The notes below the pieces were generated by a model, which saw only the letters and a program-made list of their open reading frames with translations, ran no database searches and had not been told where the DNA came from. Source: Flavobacteriales bacterium (GTDB lineage: Bacteria > Bacteroidota > Bacteroidia > Flavobacteriales > CAJXXR01). Taken from it: DNA of 64,000 nt. The position numbers were made by a program, and so were the translations under genes. Positions 18,529-27,885 of this stretch are shown in pieces; position 1 is the stretch's first letter; the number at the start of each line of letters is the position of its first letter. The stretch covers positions 48,208 to 112,207 of the forward strand of contig CBDEVQ010000092.1 of NCBI GenBank assembly GCA_965243605.1, in the 5' to 3' direction.

Positions 18529-21500
18529 ATGAAGATCAAAAAAGAACTCATTTTAATGCTATGTTTTGTAATGGGAAGTACCCACAGTATAGCACAAACC
18601 AGTACAACCTTATCCTACAATGGTAGTGATGAAGTGATTAAAAACCCTGAGCGCGGGTTAAGTTATAAAGCAGGGTATGTCGATTTATTTGTCGATGGGT
18701 ATTCTTATGATGGAGCTGTATCCTATCAATGGACTCATGAATTTCCTAACACAGCAAATACAACTCCACCAAGTTTTATTTCACGGTTTAGGAAAGATGC
18801 AGGAAATCACATACAAGAATTGCCAATTGGGTATCAATTTAAATCTACAGCACCTGATGGATTAATTACAGTGGATTCAGATTTAGATTTACCATTACAA
18901 GGGAATGATGAGTTACAAATTAGTTTTCCAAATCCTATGAATTCGAGTTATGATAATAGTTCTGATTTAGTGATAATTCATTATACAGATAATACAGCTA
19001 ACTCTAGAACAGTAAAATATAAAGCATTTCCAAGCGGAGTAGCAGGAAACTATAATGGGGGCTATGGGGATTTTGTTGCACCAGGTAATAATACTATATT
19101 TTCTAAAATAAACATTAGGAATATATCTGGTATTGGTGGACAAATTCAATCATTTTATGTTTTTCAAAATGATAATATTGCTGGTAATGCACCAATAGAA
19201 ATAGACATGAACGAACCGGTTATTTTAGAGTTAAGGTCGGATATCGAAGCATTTACGATAAACCACATAGACCGTTCAGGTGTTTTAGAAAATCGTATAG
19301 AATGTTCATCGCCACATATTGAACAAGCTGCTGACCAATTGAACAATTTTGAGGTTCGTACAGAGTTGTCATATAACCAAATACCTTTAGATATAAGTAC
19401 AGGAAGTTTAAGTACACCGTTTGGGAATCAGATAACGTATAACAACTCTAACCACAGCTTAAATATTACCGATGCTTTTTTTGATGCCCAAACCTATCAG
19501 CAAGCCAGTAATAACAATATTGAGTTAGACCAATGTTATATAGAAGAAAATGGTATCTCTTTAGTTGAACTTGAAGAGTATATTCATTTTTCAGAAGATA
19601 ATATTACGGCATCCTCGCCTCAATACCAATTAGAAACGGCAAGTGTTAATCGTACAAACAATGCGTTTAATCAAATTAAAAATCACGGATTAAAAGCCCA
19701 TCAGGTTACCAATTCAGATTTTAAGATGACGGCAAATAATCATATCTATAATGTGCCAGACGATGAACATTTCACGTATTTACAAAACATAATGGATGAA
19801 ACCAATACTGAAATCTATTCAGGTAATAATAGTCTTATCGCATTAAATACATTGGGGTGGATAAAAGACCAAGAAGATGCTAGTTTATATCGTCTTTCTC
19901 CAACATGGTTAAAAACATCAAAAGATAAGCATTACCTACATTCTGGTCAAGATGCATATTATGGTGAGTTTTTACCCAATGAAGAAAACACTCTACGTTC
20001 TAGCCACCAAAGGTCTTTATTTAGATACTCAGCAGCTGCATCTAACCCGAACTTTACAGGAAACGGATTTAACTCTAGTGGTATTGCAGCAGATGTAAAT
20101 ATTCAGCACTATCAGGAAACAGTCATGAAAAAAGTAAAAAACTATTTTCCTAATAAAAAAATGCTAACCGATATGGTTGTGGCATGGGAACATAAGTTTA
20201 CCTATCCACAAAACGGAGGAACCTATGACGATGCTGGAGAAGATGAGTTTGATGTAAACCCAAACCTTGGATATTACGATGATATGTTTGCCACAACCTA
20301 TGAGTATTTAGGAACTATTTGTGATGAACCACAATTTCATTCAGTTTCAACAGATTTTACATCTGATGGTAAAAAAGATTTATTCGTATTAGGAAAGTAT
20401 AGCGATAATTTTTGGATGCATGCTGATATGCCTTTATACTTTGACGATGCAACTTTTGGACAATCTTTTGGGGCAATGTCTAGCAACTGGACAAATAATG
20501 GACAGTTTGATTACGAAGCTCTTAAGGGAATGCTTACAGCATCGGATGAAGAGCAAAACCCATTTTTAGCAGCAAAAAAATTATTCCGTTTTAACTATAC
20601 CTCTTTTGATGTAACGTATAACAACTCAGAAACAATAGGGAAAAATATTTTTGAATTTGTAGAGCCAAACGGAAATGGAGCGATTGATAAATGGAAAAGC
20701 ACAGCAATAACACAGGCTGATGCTGATCAATACCAATTACCATATTCAACAGGATATTTTACACATGATAATAAATCGGTGTTCGATTATATTCGTGACC
20801 ATTTGGGGTATCGTTTAGAACTGCAGAACTTAGAAACAGAAATACAAGGAAATAATCTAACCGCAAAATTCCATATTCAAAATAAAGGATTTTCAGCACC
20901 TAAAAACCCAAGACAAATTTATGCGGTGCTTTTAGATGAGCAAGGACAACAAGTGCAACAACTACCTGTGAATATAGATGCTAATGAGTGGTTATCATGG
21001 ACAACCGATGCAAATTTAGATATTAAAAAAAATGATATAAACGGAACAAATTATACCGACTATACGTTAGAGGATGATTTTGACCCTATTAATTACAATA
21101 CCCATACAGTTCAAGCGACCTTTGATATGTCAGGTTTAACAACCTATGCTACATATTCTATAGCCTTATGGATGCCAGACCCCTCGGCAGATTTAAACAC
21201 TGCATCTAACCAAGTGGATTATGCTGTTAAATTAGCTAATAGACCAATTTCTATTGGTGCTCGTGGAGAAAATATTGTAGCGAGTTTTAAACGAGGTGTA
21301 AATCAAATGAATTTACCATCTAAATATATCTCTGCAAATACCTTAATAATCAATCAAAATGCTACATGGGCGTCTTTAATAGAACATAATAGAAATATTA
21401 CTATTCCTAATGGAAGAACACTTACCATTACCGGAACCCTTAAAATGCCGCAAGGCACAAAAATTCAAGTTCTAGAGGGAGGAAAACTAATTGTAAACGG

Positions 21501-23949
21501 AGGAACCATAACAAGTAATTGTGATGCGCCTTGGCTAGGGATAGATGTATTCGGTCATGAAGAGTTAAACCAAACTGCTGCCAGCGGACAAGGTGAAGTT
21601 GTACTCAAAAACAATGCCCGAATAGAATATGCTGTAGATGGTGTTGCCTTAATTGGGCATACTCAAAATGGAGACATTGCCTGGGGAACATCAGGAGGGA
21701 TTTTGTTAGCCGAAAACACAACCTTTTATAATTGTAGACGAGGTATAGAATTTATGGCATATACCAACTATAATACAACCTATACGCAAGAGCGAAGAAA
21801 TAAAGGCGTTATAAATAATTGTACGTTTCAATTTACCGATGCGTTTAATGACCTATATGGATACAATACCTATGGAGAACATTATATACCGGTAGGAATA
21901 AGCATGTGGGAAGTAGACCGTGTATTGGTAAAAGGATGTACATTTATTAATGAAATGTCAACCTTTAACACAAGCAATTATGTCCATAATAAATACGATG
22001 GTTATGGAATTATTAGCGTAGATGCTTCTCCATTTATACAACCTGTTTATCCACCTGGACCTATGCCTGGATCTGCTACTGATTGGAATAATTTTGAAGG
22101 ATTTGATATTGGAGTATATAAAGTTAATTTAAATGGTGGTACAAGCCCGATTAAAATTAAGGATAACGATTTTAGTGAAAATCGTGCAGGAATCTATATT
22201 GAAAATAGCCCTTTTGCAACGGTGGTGTTAAACGATATTAATGTGCCAAATTTAAACTTCGGATCAACAACCGAAGAAATAAATGCTGTAGGTTTGTATT
22301 TAACAGGAGCATCTAATTTTGAAGTGGAAGACAATACCTTTATCGGAAATGGCGCTTCATCTACCCACCATGATGGGGGATTGGTTATCGAAAACAGCTA
22401 TGCAACGGGCCCTCATAACGAAACCGTTTATAACAATGCATTTGATGATTTAGGATTTGGATTTTTAGCCTACGGCGAAAATGGAGATACCTATAACGAT
22501 AATGGCGTACCAACGTCTCGTGGATTAGAAATGGGATGTAATGATTTTGGACAAAATGATAACAATTATCAAGATTGGTATATCCATAATGGAGCATCTA
22601 TAAGCCCTGTACAAGGTTCAGGAAGTACACCAACAGGAAACCGTTTTTCAGATGACCCAATCACAACAGACAACCACGGACATATTTTTATTGGTGGTAC
22701 TTTTGAAATTACCGAGTATTTCCGTTTTGATCCCTATGAACATGACCCATCTGAATCTGATAATGCAAAAGTAGCCGTTACAAATACAGGGGCTTCATAC
22801 TCAGAAAGTCAAAGCTGTTCGTCTAACTTTGCATTAAGTGAGGATATTACCGAAGGAGATTTAAATAATCATTTTTCAGATCATGAACTTTTGAAATATA
22901 AACTATTTCAATTAAAAACGAGTTATAAAAACATTTTAAATGGAGGGGTTAAACCTGAAATTATGGATGTGTTACTGGATGCAAACAAAACCTCTCAAGA
23001 AGTAAGAGATGAACTTGTTAATGGGTCTCCCTATTTGGAAGATGAGGTATTAATTGCCGCCATTAAAAGAGAAATTCCACTAACCCAATGGCACTTAACC
23101 GAAATTTTGGTTTGGAATTCTCGATTAAGCAGGGCGGTTATGAGTGCTTTATATGAAGCTCAACCATTAACGCCATATCAATATAATTTGGTTGTAAATG
23201 CAGACAATGGTTCTCAACGATTATTGCTTGAAATGGATATTCACGAAAAACAAATGGAGTTAGCAAGATTAAAATCTGACCATGTGTTAAAAGCATGGAA
23301 TAATGAGGATATTAACTTCTATGATGAAGTGATTAAAGTCTATAACAATGAAGAAACCGAATTTGCTGTAGGGCAATGTATAGAGGCTGAATTGTCAAAT
23401 AAAAACTATACAGGAGCAACATCTCGATTAAATACCTTTATGGGGTCGAATTCAAATGCAGATTTTCAAACCTTTTATGATTTCAAGATTAACTTAAAAC
23501 AAAGTGGTCGTAATTGGTTTCAATTATCTGATAATGAATTAAGAACTTTAGATGATTTACAGGCAAGTAATAATTCGTTTATTGCTCCTAAAGTAGAAAA
23601 CATTAAACGTTTTATTAGTGGAGATAATCAAACCTTTACGCCATTACCAATAGACTTAACACAGCCACAAACTAAAAAAGCCTATGTTGGTAAACCATCA
23701 GATGAATCCTTTGAGAATATCCTTGAAGTGAAATATCTAAGTGGAGAACAAGCTCTAATGTTTATTAGTACAAAGCCTGGAGCGAGATTTACTATTGTAA
23801 ATGCACTTGGTCAGGTTGTAGAAACTGGAGAAATGGCAAATGCTGTTGAATACAAAGATGTATCTTACTTACAATCTGGAGTATATCATATCCGATTAAC
23901 CTCGGATGAAGTAAATAAAACACAACACGATAAATTTGTTGTTCGATAA
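18529..23949 (+). CDS. 1806-aa secreted protein between the two array blocks: glycoside-hydrolase-like N-terminal region (DUF4874/DUF4832-like), beta-helix region, T9SS CTD
   Basis: Signal peptide MKIKKELILMLCFVMGSTHSIAQ. NPERGL near the N-terminus, and later DHLGYRLELQNLETEIQGNNLTAKFHIQNKGFSAPKNPRQIYAVLLDE, which is DUF4832-like as I recall that family. PbH1-like coils follow (TLTITGTLKMPQGTKIQVLEGGKLIVNGGTITS...). The C-terminus is FTIVNALGQVVETGE...VSYLQSGVYHIRLTSDEVNKTQHDKFVVR. Confidence 0.8.
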   Translation: MKIKKELILMLCFVMGSTHSIAQTSTTLSYNGSDEVIKNPERGLSYKAGYVDLFVDGYSYDGAVSYQWTHEFPNTANTTPPSFISRFRKDAGNHIQELPIGYQFKSTAPDGLITVDSDLDLPLQGNDELQISFPNPMNSSYDNSSDLVIIHYTDNTANSRTVKYKAFPSGVAGNYNGGYGDFVAPGNNTIFSKINIRNISGIGGQIQSFYVFQNDNIAGNAPIEIDMNEPVILELRSDIEAFTINHIDRSGVLENRIECSSPHIEQAADQLNNFEVRTELSYNQIPLDISTGSLSTPFGNQITYNNSNHSLNITDAFFDAQTYQQASNNNIELDQCYIEENGISLVELEEYIHFSEDNITASSPQYQLETASVNRTNNAFNQIKNHGLKAHQVTNSDFKMTANNHIYNVPDDEHFTYLQNIMDETNTEIYSGNNSLIALNTLGWIKDQEDASLYRLSPTWLKTSKDKHYLHSGQDAYYGEFLPNEENTLRSSHQRSLFRYSAAASNPNFTGNGFNSSGIAADVNIQHYQETVMKKVKNYFPNKKMLTDMVVAWEHKFTYPQNGGTYDDAGEDEFDVNPNLGYYDDMFATTYEYLGTICDEPQFHSVSTDFTSDGKKDLFVLGKYSDNFWMHADMPLYFDDATFGQSFGAMSSNWTNNGQFDYEALKGMLTASDEEQNPFLAAKKLFRFNYTSFDVTYNNSETIGKNIFEFVEPNGNGAIDKWKSTAITQADADQYQLPYSTGYFTHDNKSVFDYIRDHLGYRLELQNLETEIQGNNLTAKFHIQNKGFSAPKNPRQIYAVLLDEQGQQVQQLPVNIDANEWLSWTTDANLDIKKNDINGTNYTDYTLEDDFDPINYNTHTVQATFDMSGLTTYATYSIALWMPDPSADLNTASNQVDYAVKLANRPISIGARGENIVASFKRGVNQMNLPSKYISANTLIINQNATWASLIEHNRNITIPNGRTLTITGTLKMPQGTKIQVLEGGKLIVNGGTITSNCDAPWLGIDVFGHEELNQTAASGQGEVVLKNNARIEYAVDGVALIGHTQNGDIAWGTSGGILLAENTTFYNCRRGIEFMAYTNYNTTYTQERRNKGVINNCTFQFTDAFNDLYGYNTYGEHYIPVGISMWEVDRVLVKGCTFINEMSTFNTSNYVHNKYDGYGIISVDASPFIQPVYPPGPMPGSATDWNNFEGFDIGVYKVNLNGGTSPIKIKDNDFSENRAGIYIENSPFATVVLNDINVPNLNFGSTTEEINAVGLYLTGASNFEVEDNTFIGNGASSTHHDGGLVIENSYATGPHNETVYNNAFDDLGFGFLAYGENGDTYNDNGVPTSRGLEMGCNDFGQNDNNYQDWYIHNGASISPVQGSGSTPTGNRFSDDPITTDNHGHIFIGGTFEITEYFRFDPYEHDPSESDNAKVAVTNTGASYSESQSCSSNFALSEDITEGDLNNHFSDHELLKYKLFQLKTSYKNILNGGVKPEIMDVLLDANKTSQEVRDELVNGSPYLEDEVLIAAIKREIPLTQWHLTEILVWNSRLSRAVMSALYEAQPLTPYQYNLVVNADNGSQRLLLEMDIHEKQMELARLKSDHVLKAWNNEDINFYDEVIKVYNNEETEFAVGQCIEAELSNKNYTGATSRLNTFMGSNSNADFQTFYDFKINLKQSGRNWFQLSDNELRTLDDLQASNNSFIAPKVENIKRFISGDNQTFTPLPIDLTQPQTKKAYVGKPSDESFENILEVKYLSGEQALMFISTKPGARFTIVNALGQVVETGEMANAVEYKDVSYLQSGVYHIRLTSDEVNKTQHDKFVVR

Positions 23950-23963
23950 AATGTGATTAACTT

Positions 23964-24010
23964 GTAAGCCCAAGGTGTTTAAAACCTTGGGCTTACCTAT
24001 TTATTTATAA
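23964..24010 (+). terminator. Rho-independent terminator after the 1806-aa gene
   Basis: GTAAGCCCAAGGT-gtttaaa-ACCTTGGGCTTAC gives a 13-bp perfect stem, followed by ctatttatttat. Confidence 0.75.
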
Positions 24011-24034
24011 AAATTATATTAAAAAGTAAACGCT

Positions 24035-25948
24035 ATGAAATACCTTAATGTGTATAATTTTATATATTGTTTGTTTTTTACGCTCACACTAACAGGGCAA
24101 ACTATTACGGTTCAGAATTTAGATGATTCAGGAATCGGTTCTCTGCGTGATGCTATTGATATAGCAAACTCAGGCGACACTATACGTTTTAATCCAATGT
24201 TACTATCGCAAGGGAGTGATACTTTAGTTCTAGATACTGTTATTAATATTGATAAGGATTTAGTAATAAAAGGGCTTTATGATGATGAGGATACTTTGTT
24301 TTTGTCTGCTATTGATGACCAGATGATGTTTTCTATAGATAGTGTTGAAAATATAGTTATGGATAGTTTGACTTTTGATATTGGCTCAATAAATACTTTT
24401 ACCAATTACGATTTCTTTTGGGTGCGAAATTCAAATATACAAATGTATAATTCAATGTTTTTAGGGTATAGAGATGAGGTTTTAACTTTTTGGCAATCAT
24501 CTTTAGAGATATTAAATTGTAAATTTACTAGTGGAAATAGTTTATTTCCGAGTTCTGTTATTATATTTTTAACAAATGGAGATGTGTCAAGACAGTTTAG
24601 AGTTGTTAATTCTGAGTTTAGATTTAATAATCCTCTTACTTCTGCAGTTATCATTAAAACAGGTGGCAATAAAAATAATAACCATATTTATTTTGAAAAT
24701 AATTATTTCTCTAATATAGGTACTTTAGTTTATGGTCATAATATGATTGATATTTTTAATAGCACCTATGAAAATGCTCATATACAAACAGGAGAGCCTT
24801 CTGTAGGATTTGCTTACATTAGAGACATTACATTAAATATAGAATCTTCAACTTTTACAATTAATGATGTTAATCAAGTACAAAACACCATTTTATGCAT
24901 AGGAACTCCTTATGGACCTATTGAGCCTGTTCCTCTAGATGTTCTTGAGTTAAATTTCACAAATTGTACGTTTAATGGAGGGATATATGTAGATACCGTT
25001 TATAATAACTTTTATGATAGTAATTATTTGGATTATTTCGGTCCAGATTTAGATGAGTTAAAAATAACAAGTTGTATTTTTAATGATATTAACGGATTTA
25101 ATGAATTACCTATAGACACTTCAGGTGGATATAATCTATTTAGTTTCCCTCAAAATATAGGTTTAGATTCTACAGACCAAGCTGATATTTTGGTTTCAGA
25201 TATTAATTTAGGATCATTACAAAACAACGGAGGGTCTACACCTACGCATTTACCAAGTTTTCAATCTTTAGCCTTTAACTCTGGTAATCCAAACGATACA
25301 AGCTCTGCTCAAAATGGGGATATTGTTCAACGTAGAGATATAGGAGCTGCTGAAATACAAGCTGTATTAACAGTTGATACTACAGAATACTGTGGAGAAA
25401 CTTATCAATGGAGAGAAGAAATACTGACGGAATCTAATATTCATTTTGACGTGCAAGAATCAACTACAGGAGGATATGATAGTGTTTTTGTTCTGGACTT
25501 AACTTTAGATTACATTGATGCTATTGCCATTAGTGATGGAGGGGAATTAAAAGCAAATATTTCTGATGCAACGTATCAGTGGATAGACTGCTCAACCAAT
25601 CAACCTTTATTCGGAGAAACGAATCAGGTTTTAACACCAAGTACAGAGGGAATCTATGCTGTTATTGTTTCAAGTTCTATTTGTACAGACACATCAAGTT
25701 GTGTGTATATTAATAATATAGGGTTAGAAGAGCAAGAGAAACACTTTGTATTTGTAAAAGATAAAATACTCTATTTAAATAATGTTAATAGCTATACCGA
25801 ATATAGTGTTTATAATAACTTAGGGCAAATCGTGTTTAAATTCAATACAGTAAAAAAACAACAGGATATAACTCATTTAAATTCAGGTGTGTATTTTATT
25901 GAGTTTAAAGATGAGAATATTCAACCAGTGAAATTTATTTTGGATTAA
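24035..25948 (+). CDS. Array copy B1, first gene of block B (signal b, core class IV, CTD beta)
   Basis: 637 aa. The signal MKYLNVYNFIYCLFFTLTLTGQ is unique to this copy. The core is essentially identical to B3. The CTD is ...YSVYNNLGQIVFKFNTVKKQQDITHLNSGVYFIEFKDENIQPVKFILD. Confidence 0.9.
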   Translation: MKYLNVYNFIYCLFFTLTLTGQTITVQNLDDSGIGSLRDAIDIANSGDTIRFNPMLLSQGSDTLVLDTVINIDKDLVIKGLYDDEDTLFLSAIDDQMMFSIDSVENIVMDSLTFDIGSINTFTNYDFFWVRNSNIQMYNSMFLGYRDEVLTFWQSSLEILNCKFTSGNSLFPSSVIIFLTNGDVSRQFRVVNSEFRFNNPLTSAVIIKTGGNKNNNHIYFENNYFSNIGTLVYGHNMIDIFNSTYENAHIQTGEPSVGFAYIRDITLNIESSTFTINDVNQVQNTILCIGTPYGPIEPVPLDVLELNFTNCTFNGGIYVDTVYNNFYDSNYLDYFGPDLDELKITSCIFNDINGFNELPIDTSGGYNLFSFPQNIGLDSTDQADILVSDINLGSLQNNGGSTPTHLPSFQSLAFNSGNPNDTSSAQNGDIVQRRDIGAAEIQAVLTVDTTEYCGETYQWREEILTESNIHFDVQESTTGGYDSVFVLDLTLDYIDAIAISDGGELKANISDATYQWIDCSTNQPLFGETNQVLTPSTEGIYAVIVSSSICTDTSSCVYINNIGLEEQEKHFVFVKDKILYLNNVNSYTEYSVYNNLGQIVFKFNTVKKQQDITHLNSGVYFIEFKDENIQPVKFILD

Positions 25949-25988
25949 CAACAACTATTCATTTTTAAATTATATAAACCTAAACCGT

Positions 25989-27872
25989 ATGACAAGGGTT
26001 ATTAAATCTATTAGTTTTATATGTTGTTTGTTTCTTACGCTCACACTAACAGGACAAACCATAACCGTTCAGAATTTAGACGATTCAGGAATAGGTTCTC
26101 TGCGTAATGCTATTTCTAATGCCAATTCAGGCGATACCATACGTTTTAATCCCATGTTAATTGCTCAAGGGAGTGATACTTTGGTACTAGATACAGTAAT
26201 AAATATTGATAAAGATTTAGTGATTAAAGGTATTTACGATAATCAAGATACTTTATTCATGTCGATAAAGAATGACAAGCTATTATTTGCTGTAGATTCT
26301 GTAAACGAAATAGTCTTTGATAGTTTAGTATTAATTTCCGATTCTAATTCAGTAATATACCCTTGGGGAACAAGTGCAATAGCTTTGAGTTATGTTAATT
26401 GTCAAATAAATAATTCATTATTTCTTGAGTTTACAAATAATCATATTTATTCGTGGGAATCCAATTTAAAAGTTAATAATTGTAATTTTTCTCATTATCA
26501 CCCTTATTCTAGTTTAATTTTTTTTGATACCTCAGGGGACTCAATTCAGAACTTGGAATTATCGAATGTAAATGTTAAGAGTTATACTAATCTAAGTTTT
26601 GGATTTGCTATGAGAACAGAAACATCAACTCAACTAGAAAAAATTAATATATTCTTTAAAAATTCTTATTTAAAGAATACAAAATCTTATTTTAATGGAA
26701 ATATAAACATTGATATTCTCAATAGTACTTTTGAAAATTCAATAATGGAATTAGGAGCTGAATATACTTCATCAGAAGCAACAGATTCAAAAATTATAGC
26801 AGAGATACAACAATCTACATTTACGGGAGATGTTAATGGAAATACTATTTTATGTTTAGAGCCTCAAACAACAACACCTCTTTTGATTGATTTTAAATTA
26901 AGATTGAATAATTGTACATTCAATGGAGGGAGTTATGATACAGAATCTTCCATTGATTATTTTGGAGAAAGTATAGATTCATTAAGTATAACAAGTTGCA
27001 TATTTAATGATATTAACGGATTTAACGAATTACCTATAGATTCATCAGGAGGATATAATCTATTTAGCTTTCCTCAAAGTATAGGCTTAGATTCTACAGA
27101 CCAAACCAATGTTTTGGTTTCAGATATTAATTTAGAACCACTACAAAACAACGGAGGATTTACACCTACGCATGTACCAAGTTATCAATCTTTAGCTTTT
27201 AACTCCGGTAATCCAAACGATACAAGTTTTGCTCAAAATGGAGCTATTATTCAACGTAGAGATATTGGAGCTGCTGAAATACAAGCTACTCTTACCATAG
27301 ACACTGTAGAGTATTGTGGAGAAGACTACGATTGGAGAAATGAAACACTTACGGAATCTAATATACACTTTGATGTTCAGGAATCTACCACAGGAGGATA
27401 TGATAGTGTTTTTGCTTTAGATTTAACCTTAGATTACATGGATGCTCTAGCCATTAGTGATGGGGGAGCCTTACAGGCCAATATTTCTGATGCAACATAC
27501 CAATGGATGGATTGTTTAACCCATTTACCATTGTTTGGCGAAACCAACCAAACCCTTACACCCAGTATAGCGGGAACCTATGCCGTTGTTGTTTCTAACG
27601 GAATTTGTACCGATACTTCGGCCTGTGTATTTATCGATAATTTGAGTGTGGAAGAGCAGGTGCAATCATTTGTATTTGTAAAGAATAATGTTTTGTATTT
27701 TAACGGGTTAGAAAATGCAGAGTTTAACATCTATAATAGCCTTGGGCAGAATGTTTTAAGCGGCAATGTAAAATTCGGAGAAATAAACCTTTCAAACTTC
27801 CCAAATGGACTGTATAGCATTCAATTTAAAAATGCCACTATGGTTAGATCTATAAAATTTGTATTAAATTAA
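25989..27872 (+). CDS. Array copy B2 (signal c, core class VI, unique and most divergent, CTD alpha)
   Basis: 627 aa. Signal MTRVIKSISFICCLFLTLTLTGQ, shared with B5. The core has no close partner in the window. DYFGESIDSLSITSCIFNDINGF is shared only with B6. Confidence 0.9.
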   Translation: MTRVIKSISFICCLFLTLTLTGQTITVQNLDDSGIGSLRNAISNANSGDTIRFNPMLIAQGSDTLVLDTVINIDKDLVIKGIYDNQDTLFMSIKNDKLLFAVDSVNEIVFDSLVLISDSNSVIYPWGTSAIALSYVNCQINNSLFLEFTNNHIYSWESNLKVNNCNFSHYHPYSSLIFFDTSGDSIQNLELSNVNVKSYTNLSFGFAMRTETSTQLEKINIFFKNSYLKNTKSYFNGNINIDILNSTFENSIMELGAEYTSSEATDSKIIAEIQQSTFTGDVNGNTILCLEPQTTTPLLIDFKLRLNNCTFNGGSYDTESSIDYFGESIDSLSITSCIFNDINGFNELPIDSSGGYNLFSFPQSIGLDSTDQTNVLVSDINLEPLQNNGGFTPTHVPSYQSLAFNSGNPNDTSFAQNGAIIQRRDIGAAEIQATLTIDTVEYCGEDYDWRNETLTESNIHFDVQESTTGGYDSVFALDLTLDYMDALAISDGGALQANISDATYQWMDCLTHLPLFGETNQTLTPSIAGTYAVVVSNGICTDTSACVFIDNLSVEEQVQSFVFVKNNVLYFNGLENAEFNIYNSLGQNVLSGNVKFGEINLSNFPNGLYSIQFKNATMVRSIKFVLN

Positions 27873-27885
27873 TAATTAAAACGTT

